Source: Octopus sinensis (taxonomy: Eukaryota). From it: 64,000 bases of DNA. The DNA is taken from contig NC_042997.1 in NCBI RefSeq assembly GCF_006345805.1, forward strand, positions 141,856,001-141,920,000. Direction: 5' to 3'. Of this stretch, positions 37,493 to 50,151 are shown piece after piece. The first letter of the stretch is position 1. Each line of letters starts with the position of its first letter. The position numbers were made by a program, and so were the translations under genes. The notes under the pieces are model-generated. The model had not been told where the DNA came from. It did not search any database and was given only the letters and a program-made list of their open reading frames with translations.

Positions 37493-38264
37493 TACAACAT
37501 GACTCTAGAGGATTGAAATAAATTTAATTATTAGAAAACCTTAGCTCATTTAATTGCTTCATCTTTAACCCTTTAGCATTCAGATTATTCTGTCAAGTGT
37601 AATGCTTATTTATTCACATTGGTTTAAATTAATCATGCATTATCTTGTAGCTTTGAGATTTCAATGATGTGATTGTAGTAGGTGTGAGAGGCCAGATCTG
37701 CCCAGTTTGAACATAAAACAAGTAGAAAATTTGGGGCTGGATATGGCCAGTTTAAATGCTAAATGGTTCAATGGCTCAAAATATGAACAGCAGTTGTAGA
37801 CTCTATCAATCAAGCTGTTGTATGTTATAGCTGACAAACCAGAGGTCTGTGCCAAGCTCCAGTATCTGCCTTGGTACGGTTTCTGCTGCAGGATGCCTTT
37901 CCTTGCACCAACCACCGGACTGAACATGCTGGATGCTTTTTACATGGCACCAGCACCAGTGAGGTCACCAAGTAACTTACAAAACAAGACCCTGCTCCTT
38001 CCTTTCAATTGAGAGGAGTTGTAGGTATTGAAGGAGGTGTAGGGATTGTGCCAGGTGATGAGAGATATGATAGAGGAACAAAAACAGGTGTCTTGCTGTA
38101 GAGGAGATCAATTAGTATAAATGATTATGACATCTAAAATAAAATTTTGTTAACTGAAGATGCAAGATGCATGTAAAATTACTATATTTACTCTATTTGA
38201 TACCACTTTATTTATATTTCCTATCAATAACATTCTTTCTTTATCTATGATTTTTTTTTTTCAG

Positions 38265-38328
38265 GTACCAGTCCTTAAAACTGGAACACGTCAGTGAACA
38301 GAGCGCCCCTGTCTATGCATTCCGATGA
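38265..38328 (+). CDS. GID4: GID4 coding exon 5 (stop codon)
   Basis: Poly-T tract plus CAG| acceptor. (W)YQSLKLEHVSEQSAPVYAFR-TGA. The five exons total 609 nt = 202 aa plus stop, with all phases compatible. First AATAAA downstream is at 38405. Confidence 0.95.
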
Positions 38329-39829
38329 CAAGTGTGAGTTCTCAGTGTGGGCATAGTGCGTATGTGTCTAACTGCTTGCCTAAGTGAGTGCATGTTTGCT
38401 GCCGAATAAAAACAACAAAAAACAAACAAAAAGATGCCCTCCTCTTGTCCCACGTCCCTCTTCCCCCAGCCCACCACCAACTGCTAACTCTCTTTCTTCA
38501 AGTGCCATAAGTGGTAGCCTCCTGCATCATGCTAGCAACAGCATACTACTTACTATACTAGCATTAAACTGGACACTCTCCTTTGTCTTGATTCAGCCAC
38601 CTAAAACATCATTCGACTTCACTTCCAGAAGTACATCCGTGTGATATCTTTTACCATTTTTTTTTAACATTTAAACTTTGTTTGTTTTTTTTTTGTTTTT
38701 GTAATTAAAAGAAGAAAAAATCCTCCAAATCTACAACATTAAACCCACCCACCTCAAACATAAAAAACAAAATCTACCATATTTATAGAGGGAGGAAAAA
38801 AAAACAAAATTTTATATATATACATATATATATAAATATATATACTTATATATATATGTATATATATTCTTTTTATTAATGATGCAATGTTAGTCAGGTT
38901 AAGGTACTGGGCTGCTAGTCACACTGTCCAATGGTCAAACCTTACTACTGTCGTTGTGTTGTGCTCCTGAGCAAGGCACAGAATTCTTGTTTCTGTTTGC
39001 CTGACTGAAAAAAAAACAGCAACATTCACACTGCTATTTCATTGTTGAATAGTTAACTGAAGAAAGGGCATCCAGTGGCAAAAACAATTGCTCTATTATA
39101 AAAAGAAAAAAAACCATCCCATCCATGCTTGCATGGAAAAGCAATGGATGTAAAATAGTAAAAGATAAAAGGGACTCTTTATTCTCAAGACTCAATGGAA
39201 ATTTCATTGTTTTGTCCATTTAATTGTTTTTGTTTTGTTTTTGTTGTTTTTTCGTCCACCTTGTTGAAAAAAAATTACAAAACAAAATTGGTATGAAATT
39301 TTATGTACCCTCATCTATCATAATCTGGATCTTGTTGATGCAGATGTCTAGCCAATGTGCCAAGTTCCATTCTCATCATTACCTTTGTTGCTATTAAAAT
39401 TTTAAAAAGAAGGAAAAAAACATCTCTTTTTTTTTCTTTTGTCCTTTTTTTTTTTGCAATTTAAAAAACCATTTCTCCTCTTCCTGAGATCCTTGTTCTT
39501 CATTCCCCTTCAAATCTTTTACATTTTTTTTATATCAAGGTTAGTGTACCTGACGTCATATGCAATACATTCAAACCATATCCAAGAAAAGGTGATCTTC
39601 TAGCTATAGAACACTTCGGACACTACACTTTCTGACATCCCATAATCCCTGTTCAGTTGTTCCCAGCCTCCATCTTTTCCTACAGTTACTGCAGCAACAT
39701 TTGCTTCTTTGAACTTAATGACTCTTCATCACCATCTAACATTAATTATGCACCTTGTTTTCTTTCTTCAGTTATTTCAACTGATCCCATACTAAAAACA
39801 TTGCTCATTATGTATCAACCCCATAACTA

Positions 39830-40047
39830 TGATGGGGTGCTGAAAAGTTCCTGGTTTTTGGTTAAAGAAAATACTAGAAGATCAGTTAATTATGAATTTA
39901 TTGAACATATTCCCCCTCTCAGATTTACACACTTATTGCAGCGGTCCTTCAGTTTCTCTAAGCCCTGTAAAAGAACTCAGAAGGTTGAACCTACAGCCAG
40001 GCCTTTCACAATATCCTTAAGGCCAGGGACTTTTCAGCACCCCCTCG
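39830..40047. mobile_element. Tc1/mariner-derived MITE
   Basis: TA at 39828-39829 and 40048-40049. TIRs TGATGGGGTGCTGAAAAGTTCCTGG / CCAGGGACTTTTCAGCACCCCCTCG. Confidence 0.8.
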
Positions 40048-41287
40048 TACACCCTTTATTTTTATTTTCACCTGAAGCTATCAATGTGCAATGAATCAAA
40101 TTGTTGAGCATTAATTCACTTCACTAATCCAGTGAGAGATTATAAAAGTTATGGAAATTCACTACCCCACCCTTACTTCTGCTGACAAAAACAAACAAAA
40201 ATCTCATTTCCCATAATTCCATACTAGTGAAACATTTTTGTTTATTGAGGTTTCTTTAAGCAACATGAAAACTTGAAATGTATTCCTTGGAGATAAGATA
40301 ATTTAATTGAATATTATTATTATTACATTTTAGAATTAGAAGTCAGCAAAAGCTTTTGGTTGAGGACTAGACTAAATACATAATATCATTCAGTTTTGTC
40401 ATTCTACGTTATCAATTTTACCTACTTCACTGGAGTAGGTAAAGTACTAGGTTTAAATAAATGCTATGTTTGGGGGAAAGGAAGAGACTAATTCAATAGC
40501 TATATAATTATAAATGAGTAAGAAATTATTAATATTATGTTTTCATGGCATTTGCCATATTGTAACAATAAGTTGTCTTCTTCTCAACTTTCAGTTGCCT
40601 GTGAAACCTAAACCATCAGCATATACCTGCCAAGCCCTTCTATTCCATGCAAGCCTTTTTATCAACTTCCAGTTCATTGAGTCTTGGTGGTTTCCAGGAA
40701 ATTAGGATCTTCTGTGCATCATTAGACAGCATTAGTGTCATTTCTTTGTGTAAGGACCTCAACTTTTTTTATATTCTGAGGTTAGAGGGTGCCTCAGCCT
40801 CCTTAGAAGGGTCCTGACCAGAGGATATCTTCAGTCTCTGAAGTAGAGAGCTCCCTTACATAAGACAGACAGGCCCTGTTTTGTCTTGTGTTGAAAGCAG
40901 CAGAACTATACCAACGCTCAATCCTGTACCGGTCATCAGCATGCAAGACCAGAATGTTGTAACTGTAAACAAGCAGTTGGTGCCACTTTTTATATCCCCT
41001 GGAGAGAGTCCTGCATCTAAACTGGGGAAAAATAAGTTGAAATCATTTCACCTTACTTAGTTTGGAGTGGAGAGCATGATCATTATGGCTTTATACTTTC
41101 TATAACATCACAGCTAAAGAAGGGGCCCCTACTACAGTCACTTGACCTGCTAGATGTTGTAGCCAAATCTGTCTCAAAGACACCCTATTATCTTCCATAA
41201 AAAAGGATATATTAACAATGTCGCCCTCTGTATTATATATATTTATATATATATATATACATACATGAAGATGTAGGGTGGGGATGA

Positions 41288-41334
<47 letters not shown>

Positions 41335-42508
41335 AAGGTGGGATGCTTACAGTGAGAATGCCTTTGATCATAGGTCTCTTGATTAAAGCTGGCCTTGGGT
41401 TGAACACTCATTTCGTGGCTTGTTTTTTGTTGTTAGTATAGCAGAGACAGGACAACTTCTATGTTGAAAAGCATCTGGTGTAATGACTTGTCCATTCAAC
41501 CATTGATTTCTCAGGGGTCATGAAAGTAAACTAGAATAAACTGTAATATTTCACACCAGAGTCAGTTATTACATCCATCTTCGCATGCTTATTGAAAGGA
41601 GTTGAGTTTTAGCACTGTTTTGCATTGTTTAAGAATATTTAATGAATCCATATGAAATAAAATTTTGTCTTCAAATATTTCAGGATAAGAAAATTTTGCG
41701 CAATCACTAATGAGTTATCCAAAATCTTTGCATATCTGGTACTCAGCTTTTATATGCCAAATTCAAATCCTACCAGGTTTGACATTTACGTTTCTTCCCT
41801 TTTTGGATCCCTGAAAAAATACCAGTAATACACTGTGATCAATGAGGAATCTTAGTCTTTATATAAAAACAAGACAGAAATTACATTATTGTTACTGTTG
41901 TTATTTAATTTTGTCTTTCATCTGACAGAAGACTGGTCTCAATATGTTTTAATACTTAGTTTTGTCCATTTTTATGCCAATTCTTCTTAGATCATCATCA
42001 TCACCATCATCATCATTTAACATCCGTATTCCATACTGGCATGGGCTGGACGATCTTAACAGAAGCTGGCCAGCTGGAGAGCTGCACCAGGCCCTAGTTG
42101 ACTGTTTTGGCATGTTTTCTACAGTTTCAATGCCAATCACTTTACAGAAAGTACTGGTGTTTTATACATGACACCAGTACACATGCATTTTACATGGCAA
42201 CAGCATGGGTGCTTTCTATGCGGCACCAATAAAATATTTATCAGTCACATACTAAGTTGGTTTAATTGTGCCTTATCTTCCTCAAAATATTCATCCCTGA
42301 ACACTGGAAAAAATTCTTTGCAGTATTTGCTCCAAGTTTTTATGTTTTGAGTTCAAATCTTGCCAAGATCAACTTTGCCTTTCATCCTTTCAGAATCAAT
42401 AAAATAAAGTATCTGTCTAGTACCGGAGTCAATGGGTTCGCCTAACTTCTCTCCTCAAAATTTGTGACCTTGTGCTGAAATTTGAAACTATAAGGTAACA
42501 AGCTGATA

Positions 42509-42664
42509 CAGGAACAGACTGAGAGTATTAAGAGCCCTCAGGCATAACTGTTTACCGGGCCCCTTAGCATTGATATCAGTAGAGTTAACATGTAGAGTGC
42601 GGGCCCCTCATAGCTCCGGGCCCTTGGGCAGATCCCGATTGACCGATAGCTCAGTCTGCCCTTG
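42509..42664. mobile_element. hAT-type MITE inserted in the head of a Deu/Nin SINE
   Basis: TIRs CAGGAACAGACTGAG / CTCAGTCTGCCCTTG. Perfect 8-bp TSD AGCTGATA at 42501-42508 and 42665-42672. Confidence 0.85.
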
Positions 42665-44213
42665 AGCTGATAGAATCATTAGCACATCAGACAAAATGCA
42701 TAGCGATATTTTCTCAGGCTTTTACATTCTGAGTTCAAATCCTACTGTTGTCAAGTTTGCCTTTTATCCTTTCAGCATCAAGGAAATAAAGTACTTGTCA
42801 AGTACTGGTATCAATGGTATTGACTAATCCCATTCCCACCAAAACTGCTGGTTTTGTGCCTAAATTAAAACCATAATTATTATAACTACTACTACTGCTA
42901 CTAGTACTACTACTGTTCCCTTTTTACTCCCTGCTTTATATCCTGTAGAGTTAGGTCCTAACTATGGTCATGGGGTGTTACAGAGTAAGATGTCACTCAG
43001 TTACTTTGCAACCACATGGCTTTGAGTTCAGTCCCACTCCAAAACCTTGTAAATGGATGATTTGATAAGCAGAAACTGGAAGCAGTCCATCATATGTGTG
43101 TATATTTATGTATATTGTCATCGTCATCATCATTTAGCATCTGCTTTCCATGCTGGCATGGGTTAGATGGTTTGACTGGAACTGGTCAGCTGGAGAGCAG
43201 CACCAGGTTCCCATCTGATTTGGCATGGTTTCTACAGCTGGAGGCCCTTCCTAAAGCAAACTACTCTAAGAGTGTAATGGGCACTTTTTACATGCCACTG
43301 GCATGAGTGTGCTTTTGTACCACTGGCATGAGTACCAGTTACAGGACAGCAGCATACCACCAAAAGCCTGTCATTTGTCATCTCCTCTGTAAGGCCGAAC
43401 GTTCAAAGATCATGTTTCACCACCTTGTAACATGCATGTGTGTCTGTGCATTTGTTACATTTGTGTCTATGCTTTGAGATGTGTTGCTGTTGTCACTTCT
43501 ACTGACAAATCATCCACTCACTTTGCACCTTCAAAGATATGTGTAGCATGTGATTCATTACTTGAAAAACAGGTAAGGATCAGTGACAGGAAGAACATCC
43601 AGCCGTCAAACAATGACTCAATATTTTCATCTAACCCATGCTATCATGCAAACAGACATAAACAAATTAGTACCAGAGTATTACTTGTCATATGATGGGT
43701 TATGGGTTATATTCAGAGTATACTGTGGTTAATTTCAGGAAATGTTACCTAGGTATAATCATCATATTTAGTGTCTGCTTTCCATGCTGGCATTGGTTAG
43801 ACGGTTTGACTGAAACTGGAAGCTGGAGAGCTGCACCAGGTTCCAATCTGATTTGGCACAGTTTCTATAGCTGGATGCCCTTCCTAATGCCAACCATTCC
43901 AAGAATATAGTGGGTGCTTTTTACATGCCACCAACATGGGTGCCAGTTACATGACACCAGCATCAGTCACAACTACGCTTTCACTTGGCTTGACAAGTCT
44001 TCTCAAGCACAGCATATTGCTAAAGGTCTCGGTTAATTATCATTGCCTCCATTAGGCCCAACATTCAAAGATCATACTTCACCACCTCATCCCATATCTT
44101 CCTGGCTCTACAATATTTATATTACTTTTCCAAATTCCTTAGTCCTTATACAAAATAATGGAATCACACTAATTTTAAAATAAAAATATTCATTAAATTT
44201 AAACAAATTTCTC

Positions 44214-44997
44214 AGGCATATGCATGGCTGTGTGGTTAGAAATTTGTTTCCCAACTGTGTGGTGTAGGGTTCAGTCCCACTATATAGCAACCTGAGCAAA
44301 TGTCTTCTGCTACAGCCCCCGGTTGACCAAAGCCTTGTGAGTGGATTTGGTGAATGGAAACTGAAAGAAGTCCAATGTGTATCTCTGTATGTTCCCCACT
44401 GTTTGACAACCAATGTTGGTTTGTTTACATCTCCATAACTTAGCAGTTCTGCAGAAACTGATAGAATAAGTATCAGACTTAAAAAAACAAACAATATTGA
44501 GGTCAATTTTTTTTTTACTAAAACCCTTCAAGGTTGACTTCATGCAGTCATTAGACTGCATGGCTGTAGTCCAATGACTGAAACAAGTAAGGGATAAAAG
44601 ATATGTTATCAGGCATGGCTGTGTGGTAAGAAGCTTGCTTCCCAATCACATGGTTCCAGGTTCAGTCCCACTGCATGGCACCTTGAGCAAGTGTCTTCTA
44701 CTATAGCTTCAGGCCAACCAAAGCCTTGTGAGTGGATTTGGCAGACGGAAAGTGAAAGAAGCCCATCGTATATATGTGTGTGTATGTGTAAGTGTTTGTC
44801 TCCCCACCACCACCACCATTGATTGGCAACCAATGCTGGTGTGTTTACGTCCCCGTAACTTAGCAGTTCAGCAAAAGAGACTGATAAAATAAGTACTGGG
44901 CTTACAAACAATAAGTCATGAGGTCGATTTGTTCAACTAAAGGCAGTGCTCCAGCATGGCTTCAGTCAAATGACTGAAACAAATAAATAAAAGAATA
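44214..44997 (+). mobile_element. Two tandem CORE-type SINEs
   Basis: Copies at about 44214-44600 and 44610-44997. Confidence 0.75.
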
Positions 44998-45670
44998 ATA
45001 GCAAAAGACTGTTTACCTATCAATTAATTACAGGTGTTGTATTATCTGAAACTACTAACCGTGGCAAAAATATGTTCCCAGTATAACTTGTTATAAGACA
45101 CTCTAAGTAGTATATATAGTGACCAAGAGAGATAAACCCATTATGATCATAGTTGTCTCCCTTTAGGGGACAGACAAACAGAAGCAGATAGAGACACACT
45201 GTCAATTATGTTACCTTTTACATGTTTCAGTCATTAGACAGTGGCCATGCTGGGGTATCACCTTGAAGAGATTTTACTTGAATGAATTGAAACTAATCAA
45301 CTTCATTTATGTCAGTATTTCTTAAAGATGGAAGCTTGTGAATAGTAAAAAGGAGTGGACAAATTGATATGTTTAATAAAATTAGATTGTTTTAAACATT
45401 TTTCAGTTTGTCTAACATCATAGCAAAGAAGGAATTATATGGATGTAGAGGGTATCAGCAATCTTGGAAGGAATGCTGTACAGAGAATGTCATCTTTTAA
45501 GTGCATGAAGACTAAAATGGCAGATAAGGCAAAAGAACCCTGTATGGTGAATGGTTCAGAAGGCATTACAGTAAGATGTATGGTACATCTAGGGTACTCT
45601 CTTCATGGAATACAAGCTTGTGGCCAGTCTCTATGGAAGGGATCGGGACACCCTACCATGTACATAATTG

Positions 45671-45945
45671 CATCATCATCATCATTTACCGCCTGTTTTC
45701 CATGCTAGCATGGGTTGGACAGTTCGACCGGGGTCTGGGAAGCCAGGAGGCTGCACCAGGTCCAGTCTGATCTGGCAGTGTTTCTACAGCTGGATGCCCT
45801 TCCTAATGCCAACCACTCCATGAGTGTAGTGGGTGCTTTTTACATGCCACTGGTACAGGGGCCAGAGGAGGCTGGCAAACAGCCACGATCGGTTGGTGCT
45901 TTTACGTGTCACTGACACGGATGCCAGTCAGACTGCACTGGTGTC
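45671..45945 (-). mobile_element. RTE-3'UTR-related repeat with a (CAT)n end
   Basis: Reverse complement of the LINE tail at about 4640-4845. Similar copies at about 12508, 24648, 43124, 43759 and 62598. Confidence 0.75.
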
Positions 45946-48089
45946 CATCCATAGTAAATCATGGATCATAGACTAACTGAATGGAGATTTTTGATATTCA
46001 ACTTGCTGAGAACAGAAAGCAGGTGGTGGATCAGCTGAATTATTAAAACATTTGACAAAACATCTTATGGTATTTAGTTATAGTTCTCTATATTCCGAGT
46101 TCAATCCTACCTAGCTTTTCATGCTTCTAAAATCAATCAGGTACAAGTCAAGTCCTGGAGTTGATATAATCGACTAAATACTTCCCCCAAAAATTGTCCC
46201 TATGTAAAAATACATTAAATTTATATGTATTTGGTAGTGGAGCAGTTTAAATGCCTTATATAAAATTAGCCCTTTTTCTCTATTTTGCCATTGTTGCTAA
46301 CAAGAAGATACTGAGTTATTGTCGTTTACCTCCAATAAACCAGACCTATGATCAATATGATTCCAGCCATGACTAACCTGTTTTTCTTTCCAAGTATAGT
46401 TTATCTAGAACCATATGCAATATGTTTTTACCTATTTTTCAACTGTAGAATGTGATTTGACACATTTAGCTGCTATTTCTAGCAGGACCATGTAGAGATT
46501 CCTCTGTTGACTCATGGACAGTGAAATCAGTGCTGAATGTACTGAGTGAAGCTGGTATCGTCATCATCATCATCAGCTTACATCCATTTTGCCATCCTTA
46601 AAATAACCTGGACAAGTATTTTTCCACCACCATATCCACTGTATTCCTTTGTCATCTCTGTCATGAAATTCAGCCACTTGAGATCAGCTTTTACCACTTC
46701 TTCCCATATTTACCCGTTCCACAGGTTCCTTTCACTTGGCACTTCTTTACCCAACTGTCATCTTCTTTACCCAACTGTCAATCCCAGCTCAGTCTTCTCC
46801 CTTTTACACGCAACATTTTATTTCTCTTACACCCAGTTTTCTTTTCTTTTTTTTTTTTGTTTTCACAGCTCATTTGTGCTCCGTTATTCATGTGCTAACA
46901 TAACACATTCATTGGAGCATGCTTACCTCATTTCTTTGTTTGCAACATTGCACTTCATACACAAGCATACAATTCTCCCTTCACTCAGACGAAGAATCCT
47001 TTTGTTGTCAACAAAGGCAATAGCTCCCTGAACTTCTTCCATCTTGTCCCTACACTAGTTACTATACTTTCAGAATACCTACTACCACTGCTAATTAGTC
47101 ACCTGAGAAACAGATGCTATGAACTAATTTAAGGAAGCCTTTGAAAAAGTTAATTTCAGAAGTGCTCTTCTAACTACTCCTTTATAGTATTTTATTCAGA
47201 TACCTTAAACCCTTTGGCATTTAAAACCAGCCACATCCAATCCAATATTCTACCTGTTTTATGTTCAAACTAACCAGATCCTGCCTCTCACACCTACCCT
47301 ACATTATCATTCTTAACATAAGCAGTCACATCATTGAAACCTTAAAGTTATGAGATAATGCATGTTGGGCCTGTTGCTCCTGACAAAATCACACACACAC
47401 ACACACACATGCATGTGTGTGTGTACACGCACCACACACATATATATGTATTCATGAATGTGTATCATCATCATCAAAAGGTGCCATCAATATCATTGTT
47501 TTTGAGTCCATTTTTCTATAGTGTCATAGTTGGGTTGACAGTAGCTAAGTCAGTTCTTTTTGAGTTAAGCTCTCCTTAATAGATCAGAGGATATATTTCC
47601 ATTTTGGCATGTTTTTGCACATTTCAATGCTCTTTCTAATACCAGCCACTTTACAGAGTGTATTGATGTATTTTTTTCATGGCAGTAGCACTAGAGAGGT
47701 TGTCATGCCCCTAACAAGGCTAAACAATTATCTCAACTGTGTTATCTCTACTCGATTCTTCAGCCACTTTACAGAGTGTACTGAGTGGAGTTCATTTTAT
47801 TGTGGAACTGAAGAGTCTGTACAACCCTGATGGGGAAAATAGGAAAGGGAGTGATGACTTTAAGCAAGATATTGAGAAAAGGTGAAGTATGATAGGTATA
47901 ACAGTTTTGTGGTGGTGGTGGTGGCGGTGGACAGAGTAACAAAAGAGGGTGTGTTGCGAATAGTAATTTTCTTTTAACATTTTTGTCCCAAATAACACTC
48001 AAGCTCCCTGTAGCATAAGGGACCACAAAGAAGGGGCCAACAAATTCAAAAGAAAGCTTAAAGGACTGAATATCATAAAGCAGAGGAAA

Positions 48090-48945
48090 AAAAGACTGTT
48101 AGTGAGTTCTAGAGATCAACAGTTCAAGGAAAGATGCTATTAGAATAAAGGACTTATGGATTATTGGAACTTCAATGAAAAAAATGATATGCCTGAAAAG
48201 AGAAGTGGGTGACATTTAAAGGTCTTGACAGAAGGTACTAGGTCAGAAAGTTCATCAGAGCAATGACTATGGAAATACTTATTGAAAAGGCATAACAAAG
48301 CTACATTTCAATGATGAACCAAAAACTTCAATCTAGTAGAAAAAAGAGAACCCACTGTGTTTATATGATTTTGAATTTGATCAAGTGATTTAAGACTCTC
48401 AGAGAAGGTGCCAACTCAAAGATGACAGCAGCATTCAACACAAGGTCAAATGGTGGCCTTATAAAGATACAACATACTCTCAAGCATAAGAAATTTGTAA
48501 GCATGGAGGAGAGATCCAACCTTTTTGGAAGCTGACATAGTGATTGACCAAGCAAATTTATTCCAAAAGAAATCCCTACTCAAAGTCAAGAAGTCAGATA
48601 TTGAAACTTTCTGGAAGGTCAACCCTGCTATTAGCGATGGGAGAAAGAAATGGCGACCTATGATAATTAATTGACATACACTTTGCCTTGCCTGCATTAA
48701 AATTCATCAGCTAGTCATTATCCCTCTCCATAACCATGCAAAGATCTTTCCCAAGAACAACAGATTGCTCAAGACTGCTAATTTTATCATGACAAGAGTA
48801 AACAGCAGTATCATGAGAATAGATGGTGAATTTAGAAATAATATGATCTGAAAGTTCATTAATGAAAAGGAGGAAAAGAATAGGAGCAAGTACAGAACCT
48901 TGAGACACTCCTGCATTGATAGCATATGACTTTGCTTGCTGACCA
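48090..48945 (-). mobile_element. Decayed non-LTR retrotransposon RT (Jockey/CR1-like)
   Basis: INAGVSQGSVLAPILFLLFINEL...IYSHDTAVY (degenerate YADD), and SASKKVGSL...LYLYKATI further downstream. Confidence 0.75.
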
Positions 48946-49009
48946 TTATGTTGCTGTTTAGCCCTGACTGAGCAGACTTATGATTGAAGGCATTCCACTT
49001 GTAACCTTT

Positions 49010-49425
49010 TATTTTATTCTTTTATTTGTTTCAGTCATTTGACTGCAGCTATGCTGGAGCACTGCCTTTAGTTGAACGAATCAACCCCAGGACTTATTCT
49101 TTGTAAGCCTAGTACTTATTCTATCGGTCTCTTTTGCCGAACCACTAAGTTACGGAGACGTAAACACACCAGCATCGGTTGTCAAGTGATGGGTGGGGGA
49201 GACAAACACAGGCATACAATCACTTACACACACACACACATATATATATATACGAATATATATGATATGCTTCTTTCAGTTTCCGTCTACCAAATCCACT
49301 CACAAGGCTTTGGTTGGCCCTGGGCTATAGTAGAAGACACTTGCCCAAGGTGCCATGCAGTGGGACTGAATACAGAACCATGTGGTTGGTAAGCAAGCTA
49401 CTTAACATACAGCCACTCCTGTGCC
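49010..49425 (-). mobile_element. CORE-type SINE (antisense, full length)
   Basis: Reverse complement of the 751-1176 family. Confidence 0.8.
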
Positions 49426-49658
49426 TAAATTTGTTCATCTTTTTATAATTCTTAAGAAAAAAAGTTAAAGTTTGTTCAAACCCTACAAAGGCCATTAGGA
49501 CACAGCATTCCACAATTTCTCCATAGGGTCCTAGCATCTCAGGTTGGAAAATACTGTATTAAACTAATCTGCATTTTTAAGTTTTTTCTTATCATCATTC
49601 CATCTGTTTAATATGCATGTTTTTTATGCATGGCTTTTATGGCCACCTTGCTCTTCTT

Positions 49659-49695
<37 letters not shown>

Positions 49696-49737
49696 ATTTA
49701 CATTTGACAGATATTTGTCCTCATCTTGTTTGTTGTT

Positions 49738-49783
49738 AACACAATGTTTTGGTTGATATACCCTCCAGCCTTCATCAGGTGTC
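49738..49783 (-). ncRNA. Minimal type I hammerhead ribozyme motif (left arm, CpG-decayed)
   Basis: GACAC-CUGAUGA-A-GGCUG-gaggguauau-CAACC-AAAA-CA-UU-GUGUU. GAAA>AAAA and CG>CA are consistent with CpG deamination. Confidence 0.6.
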
Positions 49784-49838
49784 TTGGAGAAATTTCGAAC
49801 GTGGGTTCTCATGTTCTCATTCCTAAAGTATTTTTTGA

Positions 49839-49876
<38 letters not shown>

Positions 49877-50107
49877 TCACTGCCTGGAATCGAACTCTTA
49901 ATCTTGGGGTTAGTAGCCCGTGCTCTTAACTACTACGCCATATGCCCATGGGCATATGGCATAGTGGTTAAGAGCACGGGCTACTAACCCCAAGATTAAG
50001 AGTTCGATTCCAGACAGTGACCTGAATAATAATGATAATAATAGTAATAATAATAATAACATCAAAAAATACCTTTGGAATGAGAACCCAGGTTCCAAAT
50101 TTCCGCA

Positions 50108-50151
50108 ACACACCTGATGAGGGCTAGAGGGTACATCCGTTGAAACGTGTT
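50108..50151 (+). ncRNA. Minimal type I hammerhead ribozyme motif (right arm, partly degenerate)
   Basis: ACAC-CUGAUGA (50114-50120)-G-GGCUA...CCGUU-GAAAC (50142-50146)-GUGUU. It lacks 3 nt at the cleavage triplet relative to the left arm. Confidence 0.6.

Noticed and set aside
49950-50022. Functional tRNA gene (loop reading ACT)
   Set aside because: A and B boxes are present, but there is no convincing acceptor stem and no oligo-T terminator; it is the head of a repeat.
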